This document shows positions 20,334-29,209 of a DNA stretch of 64,000 bases, one piece after another; within the stretch, counting starts at the first letter, position 1, and each line of letters opens with the position of its first letter. The notes beneath the pieces were generated by a model. That model worked only from the letters and a program-made list of their open reading frames with translations, was not told the DNA's origin and ran no database searches. This DNA comes from Candidatus Liptonbacteria bacterium. GTDB taxonomy: Bacteria > Patescibacteriota > Minisyncoccia > UBA6257 > 2-01-FULL-56-20. The stretch spans positions 541 to 64,540 of the forward strand of contig JACQKU010000011.1 in NCBI GenBank assembly GCA_016204335.1, written 5' to 3'. The position numbers were made by a program, and so were the translations under genes.

Positions 20334-20357
20334 GTGGTATGCTATAGCATACCACTC
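20334..20357. promoter_or_regulatory. 24-bp perfect palindrome AGTGGTATGCTATAGCATACCACT upstream of ahcY (putative operator)
   Basis: Self-complementary; shares GGTATGCTAT-GCATA core with the 41-bp repeats flanking the TrpR-like regulator. Confidence 0.5.
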
Positions 20358-20525
20358 ACAAACTCCCTTTCACCCTCACGCTCGGAGATTTCCCGTATTA
20401 TTAAACATAAAAAGCTACTTCATAAAATTCATATGTCCGGATGAACCTACCTCTGTATCTTGTTCACGTCCCGCGCTCCGAAAAACTTTAACACTATTGA
20501 CTATAAATTGACTATAATATGATGC

Positions 20526-20566
20526 CCGCTATGCCATAGCATAGCGGTATGCTATGGCATAGCGGG
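20526..20566. repeat. 41-bp palindromic repeat CCGCTATGCCATAGCATAGCGGTATGCTATGGCATAGCGGG, copy 1 (3' of regulator gene)
   Basis: Identical 41-mer also at 21112-21152; itself an imperfect palindrome built from GCTATG/CATAGC half-sites. Confidence 0.9.
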
Positions 20567-20574
20567 CGGAGAAA

Positions 20575-21093
20575 CTACTGTGGAATTGTAAACGTTCCGT
20601 ATTTTGTCCGCACCCTGCGTCCTGAAAAACCCCTCCCATTTCTCGACGACTGCGGGCCGGGCGAATATATTCTCTTCTTGCGTTCAGTTTTTCCCCGCTC
20701 ATAATAGCTCCTGTACTTTTTTTCGTTCAGCGCTTTTTTTATGCCGCTTATAGTCTGATGAGTAAGCCAAAGCTCTTCGCCGATTTTACGATAGCTCGTT
20801 CCTGCAAGAATGCGATCTATCGCGGCCGCCCGGCGCAGAAGAAGTGAACGCTCTTTGGCGGTAATAAGAAGTTCAAGTGCAGTCGAAAGTTTTTTCGGCT
20901 CTCGCAAAATTGTAAACTTTGCAATCAAAGTCCGCCAGACATTTTCTTCCCACGCTGAACGGGAAGAAAAACTTGCAAGGAGAGGTATACCACGAATCGC
21001 AGCCGCGGCCTCATTATTTCTCAGCTCTATTTTTTCTCCTGTTTTCTTCACGCGATTTTTTCTCCTGTTTTCTTCATCTCCTGTTTTCTTCAT
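20575..21093 (-). CDS. TrpR/YerC-family helix-turn-helix regulator with Lys/Arg-rich N- and C-terminal tails
   Basis: Central TAKERSLLLRRAAAIDRILAGTSYRKIGEELWLTHQTISGIKKAL resembles Trp-repressor/YerC HTH; 5' end contains three tandem copies of GAAAACAGGAG-ATG/GTG (RBS plus start); alternative in-frame GTG start at 21051. Confidence 0.6.
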   Translation of the reverse strand: MKKTGDEENRRKNRVKKTGEKIELRNNEAAAAIRGIPLLASFSSRSAWEENVWRTLIAKFTILREPKKLSTALELLITAKERSLLLRRAAAIDRILAGTSYRKIGEELWLTHQTISGIKKALNEKKYRSYYERGKTERKKRIYSPGPQSSRNGRGFSGRRVRTKYGTFTIPQ

Positions 21094-21111
21094 ATGATAG
21101 AGTATAGCATA

Positions 21112-21152
21112 CCGCTATGCCATAGCATAGCGGTATGCTATGGCATAGCGGG
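21112..21152. repeat. 41-bp palindromic repeat, copy 2 (immediately 5' of regulator gene start)
   Basis: Exact match to 20526-20566; ends 19 nt upstream of ATG 21093. Confidence 0.9.
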
Positions 21153-21201
21153 TAGCCCTGTATTCGGCAGTTCCGTGTTTGGTAGTTCCACGACTATAAT
21201 T

Positions 21202-21250
21202 CCATTGCTATAGTTCCATGGCTATAGTTTCCATTGCTATAGTTCCATGG
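21202..21250. repeat. Tandem 14-15 bp repeats CCAT(T/G)GCTATAGTT x4 at the 3' end of the PfkB kinase gene
   Basis: ccattgctatagttccatggctatagtttccattgctatagttccatgg; on minus strand each unit reads ATGGAACTATAGC (ATG...TAG mini-frame); overlaps stop codon of 21237..22226. Confidence 0.8.
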
Positions 21251-22226
21251 CTGACAGCTCCAAGGAAGGCAATTCCATCCCAAAACTCTCTTTGTAGCGA
21301 CTGCGCGCTTCGGAAAAAGAAATCCGGTATTCCTGCGTGCCGTATGCTTCGATGGCTCGCGCGGCGATGACGCCCGCGAACCGTCCCGCTGTTTCAAGCG
21401 GCCAGCCCGCAAGAAACCCTTTAATAAAGCCCGCGCGATACGCGTCGCCCGCGCCTGTCGGGTCAACGACATCCTTTGCCCGCGCCGGAGGCACCTTAAT
21501 TATTTTTTCTTTTGTCCGTACGCTGGAACCCTTTTCGCCGAGCGTGGTAATAAGAATTTCCGAACGCTCGAGCACATCTTCTTCCGTCCAGCCGGTTTTT
21601 TCCAAAACCAAAGCAAGCTCGTAATCGTTGGCGATAAAGACATTCGCGCCGGTTATTCCGTTCCGGATGTCATCCGGGGAAAGCGCGGGAATCTGCTGGC
21701 CCGGGTCGAAAATAAAAGGAATGTTCTTTTTCCGATACAGCGCGGGCAATCGGCGCATGTCGTCAATGTTTCCCGGAGCGATTACGGCAAACGAACCGGC
21801 CGGAATCTGCTCCTCTTTTATTCCACACGAGTGCGCCATCGCGCCGATGGAAAGCGCCGCAATCTGATTGTCGGCGCGGTCAGTCATAATATTCGAAAGA
21901 GTCGTGGGTTTGTCGGAAACTACATGGACAAAATCCAAACTTACTCCGCTCTTTTCCAGCCGCTCGCGATAATGCCCGAAATCCCTGCCGGCGCTCGCGA
22001 GTACCGCGGGTTTTTCTCCGAGAAGCGCGAGACCGTAAGCGATATTCCCCGCCGTGCCGCCGAAATGCTCGCGAAGATTTTCAGCGACAAAACTTAAATT
22101 CAAAGCATGAACTTTGCCGGGCATAATGTGGTCGCTGAAGCGGCCCGGGTATTCCATTATTTTGTCGTACGCGAGAGAACCGGAAACTAAGATGCGCATA
22201 CCGGATAGTATAACTCCAATAAACAA
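21237..22226 (-). CDS. PfkB-family carbohydrate/nucleoside kinase (ribokinase or adenosine kinase-like)
   Basis: GGTAGNIAYGLALLG and DPTGAGDAYRAGFIKG motifs of PfkB family; adjacency to ahcY suggests adenosine kinase role (inference). Confidence 0.8.
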   Translation of the reverse strand: MFIGVILSGMRILVSGSLAYDKIMEYPGRFSDHIMPGKVHALNLSFVAENLREHFGGTAGNIAYGLALLGEKPAVLASAGRDFGHYRERLEKSGVSLDFVHVVSDKPTTLSNIMTDRADNQIAALSIGAMAHSCGIKEEQIPAGSFAVIAPGNIDDMRRLPALYRKKNIPFIFDPGQQIPALSPDDIRNGITGANVFIANDYELALVLEKTGWTEEDVLERSEILITTLGEKGSSVRTKEKIIKVPPARAKDVVDPTGAGDAYRAGFIKGFLAGWPLETAGRFAGVIAARAIEAYGTQEYRISFSEARSRYKESFGMELPSLELSAMEL

Positions 22227-22392
22227 TTTTTGACAAAATATCTTCTTTGTTCTATTTTGTTTTCAGTTCTTTCAAATATCCTTGAGGCACAAGAGCCCGG
22301 AAAATTGCGCTTCCTGGTTGCTGTGTCTCAGGGACATATATGTATATGTATGTAGCGACTAGTACACTCTCCAACCGGAAAGGGGTGGTGTA

Positions 22393-22695
22393 ATGAGCAA
22401 TAAACACAAGAATCGCATTCCACTGATCGAAGCGATGGAAGCGGTAATGAGGGAAGAGGCGCGGAAAGACTACAGTATCGTCCGCAACTACTGCCCTGGG
22501 TGCGAGGTGAACGCCGACCCGTTCGCGGAACTTTTGCAGGAATCGTGGTGCAGTTCACACAAACCCTCGTTGGAGGGAGACAAGGACAAGAAAGTTCAAA
22601 GCTTGCTTGGAAAACAACTCTACAACTCCACCGAAGGCGACGGAGAAACCGGCAGAGCGTATGCCGAATCCCTTAACCGAAAAAAGGAGGCGTGA
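22393..22695 (+). CDS. Hypothetical protein, first gene of a GC-rich 5-gene cassette
   Basis: 100 aa; GGGGTGG RBS-like motif 8 nt upstream; elevated GC versus flanks. Confidence 0.4.
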   Translation: MSNKHKNRIPLIEAMEAVMREEARKDYSIVRNYCPGCEVNADPFAELLQESWCSSHKPSLEGDKDKKVQSLLGKQLYNSTEGDGETGRAYAESLNRKKEA

Positions 22696-22927
22696 GATGG
22701 CGAAGAGCGAAGCGGGGAAGAAATACGCGCAGAAGAACTACAGCTCCACCCACTCGAGCATCCGCGTGCAGGTAAACAGGCAGTCCGACCCCCCCATCAC
22801 GCTCGAGGAGAAGCTGGATGTTGTCAGGTTCTACTCCTACGTGGTGGACGGGGAGCCCGAACCAGTCTCGCAAGGCAAACCCGTCATCGAGGTCCCGGCG
22901 GAACTCGCTCGCTACTTCAACTACTAG
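22696..22927 (+). CDS. Hypothetical protein
   Basis: 77 aa; strong AGGAGG RBS 6 nt upstream of ATG 22696. Confidence 0.5.
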
Positions 22928-23090
22928 AGCGCGTCGTGAGAATCCTCCGGGGTTTTCGGGCGGGGTTCGTGGCTTTCCACGCCTCATACTTTCGGCTGCA
23001 AAGCAAGTGCTGTGGGGCAAAAATCGTCAAGCTCCGCGACCGCATCTGTTTTCATTGCGGCCGCAGGACAACCTGAAAGGAGACGACGAT

Positions 23091-23210
23091 ATGGATTTCT
23101 CGCCGAGGTGTACAACGTGCGGCTGCGACCAACGAATCCTCTGTCAGAAATGCAAGGAAGGGAGGTGTCCGAAATGCTCGCGCCGAGCGAACGGAAAAAA
23201 TTCGGAATAG
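23091..23210 (+). CDS. Small Cys-rich zinc-finger peptide (39 aa)
   Basis: MDFSPRCTTCGCDQRILCQKCKEGRCPKCSRRANGKNSE with 8 Cys; AGGAG RBS upstream. Confidence 0.4.
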   Translation: MDFSPRCTTCGCDQRILCQKCKEGRCPKCSRRANGKNSE

Positions 23211-23418
23211 TACGTGAGCATGTCTCTGACTTCCAAAGGAAGGAGGTGAAGCCCGGATTGGCTATTGTAACTGCAATAGCCATCATTCTGGGTTGTCTTG
23301 TTGTGTGGTTCTTCGGAACCGGGCGAGACGCCCGCGAGATTCCTGTCCAGACTCGCGGTTCAAACGGTTAAAACGATCCATCGGCCCAACAACCCCTAAC
23401 CCGCGAAGGAAAAACTCC

Positions 23419-23838
23419 ATGAGCTGGCTCACCGCGTGCTTTTTGGCAGGGCTGTCGTACGCGCTCTTCACGCAGTACGTTCTGTTCGTGTTCGTGGCCG
23501 GCGACTCCGAAACCAAGAAGGAGTGGAAAGCGGACCGGCTCCAGTTCCACTTCGAGGCGTTATTCTTCTGGCCCGGGGTATTGATGTTTTCATTGAACCC
23601 GAACTGGAGAGCACTGGGCGTAACGTGGGTCGTCTGGATCTGCGTTGTCGTGCCCTATCTTTCCTATGTGTTCGTGGAACACTGGATCATCTCCGCCCTG
23701 ACCTTCGTTGGCTTCACCATCGTCGTGCCGTTCGCAGTAGGAGTGGCGGCAGTAGTGAAGATGATGACGGAATTGGAAAAAGGAGAGGAAGAATACGACC
23801 AGCACCTCGCCGAGTACTACATAGTCGCTCACAAATAA
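23419..23838 (+). CDS. Hypothetical 4-TM membrane protein
   Basis: 139 aa from MSWLTACFLAG; GAAGGA RBS; followed by GC-rich terminator-like hairpins 23840-23900. Confidence 0.5.
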   Translation: MSWLTACFLAGLSYALFTQYVLFVFVAGDSETKKEWKADRLQFHFEALFFWPGVLMFSLNPNWRALGVTWVVWICVVVPYLSYVFVEHWIISALTFVGFTIVVPFAVGVAAVVKMMTELEKGEEEYDQHLAEYYIVAHK

Positions 23839-24096
23839 CCCTAGCCCTCCGCCTGTGAGGCAAAAACAGGCACGCGCCCCGGCATGAGAATCATCATGTC
23901 GGGGCGAGCAATTTAAATTGGTTGCCCTTATCGAATTTTCACCGTCTGGCATAAATTTATTTTATGTATGAAGTATCGGAAAAACAAATCTTTTGATATT
24001 TAAACGAACTACTCCCGCATGGACCAATGATAGCGTCCACGCGGGAGCAAATAACTCAAATCGGGAATGGCTCCTTCCGAGGCGATTTCGGCTATT

Positions 24097-24597
24097 CTAC
24101 TTCTTGCAGCCGTTGGGTTCCGGGAACCCGAAGAGGGTGCCGATCGGCCATGTCCGCTTCTTCCACCAGATGAGGTCCAGACGGCGACTACGCGCGTCGC
24201 TCTCGAGCGACATGACGACGCTGTCGCCGTTCGGATTGTCCTCCCAGGGCTGCATCAGGAGGACGATCCGCCCATGGTTGCCTCGCGGGCGCTGGAGCGC
24301 TCCGATCAAGCCATGCTCGTAGAGCGGCCGCGGCAGACGACGTCCGACGTCCCTGAGCACGTACTCCGAGCTCACCGGCATCTTGTAGCTAATGAGCAGG
24401 AGAAGAAGCGACCCGTCACACTTCCATTCTCGCATCGGGAAGTGTTCCTGGGTAATCCGGTGTTCCACCCAGGCATAGCCGCTCTGCTGGAGTTGAGCCA
24501 CGATCTGATCGGTCGTCACGTGGCCAGGGTTCGTGAGCCGGAGAACCCCTTCTGCTTGCCTGCTGCCAATTACCTTCCTAGCCGTCGCCACCGCCAT
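24097..24597 (-). CDS. Hypothetical protein (GC-rich, unknown family)
   Basis: 166 aa ORF, about 60% GC, convergent with cassette above. Confidence 0.45.
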   Translation of the reverse strand: MAVATARKVIGSRQAEGVLRLTNPGHVTTDQIVAQLQQSGYAWVEHRITQEHFPMREWKCDGSLLLLLISYKMPVSSEYVLRDVGRRLPRPLYEHGLIGALQRPRGNHGRIVLLMQPWEDNPNGDSVVMSLESDARSRRLDLIWWKKRTWPIGTLFGFPEPNGCKK

Positions 24598-24792
24598 AGT
24601 CCCCCTCCTCGTCTTGAGTGAGTATTTCGCCTTGAACGGTTAATCGCTTACAGCCCTCAATATCCAAAAAGGGTGCTGGAGGCTGCAAGCGACTCGCCTT
24701 AGCCAAGTATCATATGAATTTTTAAAGTTGCTATCTTACCAACAAACTTATAGTAAAAAATTTTTATAGTCAACTTGCCAAATAATCAACCT

Positions 24793-25986
24793 CTACTCCC
24801 CCGGCGGGAGAAGAACAATATTCTCGGGCCTGAAAATAACCTGCCGCTTTCCTTCTTCGACGACGCCGATATCAATAAGCTCATAACCGGCCTGTTTGCC
24901 GACTGAAAGCGTCCGCCCGACTTCTTCCGGCGGAACAAAAATATAATACCCGATACCCCAGTTAAACGTTTTGAGGCAATCTTGCAGGGAAACGCCGATT
25001 TCGCTCATAAACTGAAAAATCACGGGGACGTTTGTCCACGTATGAATGCGATATGTGAACTGCCGCTTGTCGAACGCCAGTTTGCCGACACCGTCTCCCG
25101 TTCCGGGCAAAAGCGCGCACATTTCAACATTTTCTTTTTGAAGCGCCTCGATTAACGCGACATACGACCGCGTGGGAATGAGCGCTTCTTCGCCGAGCGT
25201 TTTTCCGTTCGGAAGTTTTGTGAGAAATTTGTCAGGAAGTTCGAGCGCGCGTTTTATCAAAAGCGAAATGCCGTTCGCGTGGATGCCCGACGACGTAACG
25301 CCTATGATACGGCATCCCGGCTTCAATTTTTTTCCCGTGATAATTCTTTCTTTCGGCGCGATGATTCCCGTCACGCATCCTGAAAGCGAGGGCGCGCTTT
25401 TGACGGGCGGTTCCGGTTTGAGCAAATACCGGAGAGCAGGCGACTCGCCCGCAGGCAGAGCCATTCCGACTTCTTTGCATATTTTGAAATATCCTTCCGC
25501 GAGGTCGCTGGCCCGTTTTTCGTCCGCGAACCAGGCGCTGTCCCCGACCGCCACTTCGTCCGTGAACACAACCGGCATCGCCCCCTGCGCGATTACGTCG
25601 TTCGTCGCCATAAGCGCCGCGTCAATCGCGATGCCTTCGTAATATGTTCCATTTGCTCCGCGCGAAAATTCACTCTCAGCTCCCAACATACTTCCGCGTT
25701 GTTCCGCGTTCGGTCTGCGTTGTTCTGCGGCCGCGGTAGCGGCATTAGCGTACATCCACTCCGCGATCCAATTTTTGTTGCCAAGCCCTTCCTGCGTACT
25801 GCACCACAAATGAGGAAAATTCCCGCGGTATTCGAACACGCCGCCGTGCGCGTGCAATACTTCCCCGTTAATGTACACATCGCGCCGGTTCGGAAACAAG
25901 AGCGTCCGCTTGCCCATTGCAATCATCTTCTGCTTGAACGGCTCCATCACGCCGTAATCCACTCCCGATTTCGCGTACTCGCTCAT
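24793..25986 (-). CDS. purM: AIR synthase (PurM)-related protein, probable phosphoribosylformylglycinamidine cyclo-ligase, with short in-frame direct-repeat insertion
   Basis: 397 aa PurM-like N- and C-domains (SGVDYG..., GIAIDAALMATNDVIAQGAMPVVFTD); located in pur cluster; divergent from canonical PurM so assignment is moderate. Confidence 0.55.
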   Translation of the reverse strand: MSEYAKSGVDYGVMEPFKQKMIAMGKRTLLFPNRRDVYINGEVLHAHGGVFEYRGNFPHLWCSTQEGLGNKNWIAEWMYANAATAAAEQRRPNAEQRGSMLGAESEFSRGANGTYYEGIAIDAALMATNDVIAQGAMPVVFTDEVAVGDSAWFADEKRASDLAEGYFKICKEVGMALPAGESPALRYLLKPEPPVKSAPSLSGCVTGIIAPKERIITGKKLKPGCRIIGVTSSGIHANGISLLIKRALELPDKFLTKLPNGKTLGEEALIPTRSYVALIEALQKENVEMCALLPGTGDGVGKLAFDKRQFTYRIHTWTNVPVIFQFMSEIGVSLQDCLKTFNWGIGYYIFVPPEEVGRTLSVGKQAGYELIDIGVVEEGKRQVIFRPENIVLLPPGE

Positions 25987-26085
25987 GTTTAGCTTATTAG
26001 GTTATTAGCTTACTAGATTTAGGCAATAAAAATTGTGATGTTCCAAAATCTTATTCTCTTATTCGCGCGAATAGGAAAATAAGAC

Positions 26086-27576
26086 CTATAACTCTCCACT
26101 CGCAAGTTTCTCGGCCAATCCGACATAGCTCTCCGGCGTGATTTTAAGGAGTTCTTCTTTTACTTGCGCCGACACATCGAGCCCGTTTATAAACGCCCGC
26201 ATGTCTTCAATCGTTACTGTTTTGCCGCGCGTGAGTACTTTCAGTTTTTCATACGGCATCGCAACGCCCTCGCGCCTTAAAACTGTTTGAATCGCCTCGG
26301 CGATGACTTCCGGATGAAGGTTCAAATCTTCGAGAACTTTTTCTTTGTTCGCTTGGATTCGCCCGAGTCCGTTCAAAAGATTTGCGTAAGCGACAACGGA
26401 ATGCGCGAGCGCAACGCCGAAATTCCGCTCCACCGTCGAATCGGAAAGGTCGCGCTGGAGGCGCGATATAGGCAGTTTCGACGAAAAATAACTAAATAAC
26501 GAATTCGCAATACCTAAATTTCCTTCACTATTTTCGAATTTTATCGGATTTATTTTGTGCGGCATCGTGGATGAGCCGATTTCCCCTTCGTTCGCTTTCT
26601 GCGCAATCCAGCCGTCGCTGATGTAGCGCCAGATATCCTGATTGAAATCAATGAGAATCGTATTTATGCGGCGGAGTAAATCGAAAAGTTCGACGTATGT
26701 GTCGTGCGGTTCGATTTGCGTCGTGAAAAGATTCGGTTCGAGCGTTATGGTTTTTTTTTGATTTTGCGCGGCTCCGCCCGCACCGGACGACATTCTCACA
26801 TTCTGCAGAATGTGAGAATGTTCCCGCAAGCGTGTGACGAAATTTTTCGTGAAATCAAGCCAATCAACTTCAGGATACGCAACAACATTCGCGCTGTAAT
26901 TGCCGGTTGCTCCGTTCAATTTGACGAGAATGCGGAATGAACGCAGTTGCCCGATTTGCCGTTCCAACCGCGCGGCAAAAACCTTGAATTCTTTCCCGAA
27001 TGTCGTAGGAGTCGCCGGCTGGCCGTGCGTCCGCGCGAGCATCGTCAAATTTTTATATTCTTTCGCGAATTCCTCCAATTTCGCGGTTATTTTTTCGAGA
27101 AGCGGCAGAATCACTTTTTCGATTCCGTCGCTCAACATAAGCCCGTAGGCAAGATTATCAATGTCTTCCGAAGTAAGCGCGAAATGAATCCATTCAAGGC
27201 AGTCCTTGAGAGAAGTATTCTCCAACTGGTCGCGCATAAAATATTCTATCGCTTTCACATCGTGGTCCGTGGCTTTGATATTTTTATATCCCGCTCGCTC
27301 GATGTCTTTTATGATTTTTGCATTCTCGAGCGTAAGTTCGGAAAGATTTCGAATCAATGATTTTTCCTCTTCGGAAAAATCGCGGAGGCCTGCCCGCTCA
27401 CCAAAATTTTTGGTGTGAGGGCCGATGTCGGGATGCTCGGACAGCGCGATAAGATATTCCGCTTCGACAAAAAGCCGATAGCGCATCATTCCCGCCTCGC
27501 TGAAAATCTTCGCGAGCGGTTCCGTATATTCCCTATATCGCCCGTCAATCGGGCTTATTGATTCGAGAAAATTCAT
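26086..27576 (-). CDS. purB: Adenylosuccinate lyase carrying an in-frame palindromic-element insertion
   Basis: 496 aa; fumarate-lyase signature GSSTMPHKINPIKFEN; about 24 extra residues (REHSHILQNVRMSSGAGGAAQNQKK) between conserved FVTRL and TTQIEPHD blocks relative to E. coli PurB (from memory). Confidence 0.9.
   Translation of the reverse strand: MNFLESISPIDGRYREYTEPLAKIFSEAGMMRYRLFVEAEYLIALSEHPDIGPHTKNFGERAGLRDFSEEEKSLIRNLSELTLENAKIIKDIERAGYKNIKATDHDVKAIEYFMRDQLENTSLKDCLEWIHFALTSEDIDNLAYGLMLSDGIEKVILPLLEKITAKLEEFAKEYKNLTMLARTHGQPATPTTFGKEFKVFAARLERQIGQLRSFRILVKLNGATGNYSANVVAYPEVDWLDFTKNFVTRLREHSHILQNVRMSSGAGGAAQNQKKTITLEPNLFTTQIEPHDTYVELFDLLRRINTILIDFNQDIWRYISDGWIAQKANEGEIGSSTMPHKINPIKFENSEGNLGIANSLFSYFSSKLPISRLQRDLSDSTVERNFGVALAHSVVAYANLLNGLGRIQANKEKVLEDLNLHPEVIAEAIQTVLRREGVAMPYEKLKVLTRGKTVTIEDMRAFINGLDVSAQVKEELLKITPESYVGLAEKLASGEL
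26790..26821. repeat. 32-bp perfect palindrome ACATTCTCACATTCTG|CAGAATGTGAGAATGT inside purB, in frame (encodes HSHILQNVRM)
   Basis: Self-complementary; differs from copy at 10277 by a compensatory pair (A>C with T>G) that preserves the palindrome. Confidence 0.9.
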
Positions 27577-27587
27577 AATAAAAGATA

Positions 27588-28556
27588 TTAAGTTATTGCG
27601 TACGCCGCGAGATTTTTCCGTATTCTTTCTAAAACCGGTATCGAAAAATCCGCCCCGAACTCGTTGCCGGTCAGTTGCTCGAAAATCCGGATATAACGGC
27701 TAGATAATTCTACCACCATTTCGCGCGGGGCTTCAGGCAATACTCCGTCTTTATACGGGTCGCAGTGTTCTTTAAACCAAATGCGGAGAAATTCTTTATC
27801 AAAATTTTCCGGCTCCTGTCCCTGCGCGATGCGGGACTCATAACTTTCCGCCTGCCAATAACGGGAAGAATCGGGCGTATGTATTTCGTCAATCAGCATA
27901 AGCTTGCCTTCAGAGTCGGTTCCAAATTCATATTTCGTGTCCACAAGAATCAATCCTCGCTGGAGCGCGATTTCCTGGCCACGTGTGAAAAGTTTTATCG
28001 CGACTTCCTCAATTTCTTTCCACAATAATTCATTTACCATTCCGCTATTCACAATTTCCTCTTTCGTTAGCGGCCGGTCGTGCGCCTCGAATTTCGTCGT
28101 CGGCGTGATGATAGGATGGGCAAATTTCTGATTTTTTTTCATCCCTTCGGGCAACGTCACGCCTCCAAATTTTCTCTCTCCTTTTTGATAAAGCGTCCAA
28201 GTAGATGTCGCGGTCACACCGGAGATGTATCCCCGCACGATTACCTCAACCGGAACCACATCGCATTTTTTAACCACCATCGCATTCGGGTCCGGAAAAT
28301 CCAAAATATGATTCCGGATTATATTTTCGGTTTTCTCGAACCAAAATTTGCTTATTTCGGTAAGCACTTGTCCCTTAAACGGAATGAGCGCCAGATTTCT
28401 GTCGAACGCGGAATAACGGTCGGTCGCGACGAGAATCAACTTGTCGTCTTGGACGTACACGTCGCGAACTTTGCCCTGCTTCCGCTCGCCGAGTTCCGAG
28501 AAGTCGGTTTTCTCCAAAACGTCGTTTATGTGATTTTCGATTGTTGATTTATCCAT
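27588..28556 (-). CDS. purC: SAICAR synthetase (long form)
   Basis: 322 aa; DVYVQDDKLILVATDRYSAFD and LILVDTKYEFG motifs. Confidence 0.9.
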   Translation of the reverse strand: MDKSTIENHINDVLEKTDFSELGERKQGKVRDVYVQDDKLILVATDRYSAFDRNLALIPFKGQVLTEISKFWFEKTENIIRNHILDFPDPNAMVVKKCDVVPVEVIVRGYISGVTATSTWTLYQKGERKFGGVTLPEGMKKNQKFAHPIITPTTKFEAHDRPLTKEEIVNSGMVNELLWKEIEEVAIKLFTRGQEIALQRGLILVDTKYEFGTDSEGKLMLIDEIHTPDSSRYWQAESYESRIAQGQEPENFDKEFLRIWFKEHCDPYKDGVLPEAPREMVVELSSRYIRIFEQLTGNEFGADFSIPVLERIRKNLAAYAIT

Positions 28557-29209
28557 TAGATTTTAAGCCACTTTCCTTCGCTGATTACTTCAATCTTTCC
28601 GTTTTGAATTTTGAGCGCGGACTGGTCGTCAAGCGCATAAATCGGGTCTTTCAATTTTTTCGCCGTTTCCTCAAGGAATTTGCGGTTTATTTTAGGAAAG
28701 TAGGATGAATTAAGATGGGGACGCAGATAAAAACTGAAAAAGCCGAGTCCTTTTTCGTCTTGAATCCCTTTTATATCTTCATAATAAAGTTTCTTTGACT
28801 CGCTGAGTTCGAGATTTTTTGTCGTCACAACGCTGCCCGCGCTGATGCCGGCATACACTCTCGTTTTAAGCAGGTCGGGCAAAAGCTTTGCGAGGCCGGA
28901 TTTTTTGAGCCAATACATCAAGTGAAATGTATTTCCTCCGGAAAATAAAAGGATGTCCGCGGCGCGCAATCGCGGTTCCCATAATTTCCGGGGCAACGCC
29001 GAAATATCCACGATATCGATGGATTTAAAATTTTGCTTTTTAAGATTGATGAGGTCGTCAATCACCCAACCCTTATCGCCTTTTTCAACATTCGCCGCGG
29101 TTGGAATAAAAACGAGAGTTGTGTTCCTGGGCTTCTTGCCGACCAATTGAAAAAGAGCTTTGGCAATCGACTTATTCGTAATGCCTCCTGACGTAAGCAG
29201 AAATTTCAT
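28556..29209 (-). CDS. Peptidase S51 family protein (dipeptidase E / cyanophycinase-like)
   Basis: 217 aa; FSGGNTFHL and AGISAGSVV Ser-nucleophile elbow typical of S51. Confidence 0.75.
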   Translation of the reverse strand: MKFLLTSGGITNKSIAKALFQLVGKKPRNTTLVFIPTAANVEKGDKGWVIDDLINLKKQNFKSIDIVDISALPRKLWEPRLRAADILLFSGGNTFHLMYWLKKSGLAKLLPDLLKTRVYAGISAGSVVTTKNLELSESKKLYYEDIKGIQDEKGLGFFSFYLRPHLNSSYFPKINRKFLEETAKKLKDPIYALDDQSALKIQNGKIEVISEGKWLKI

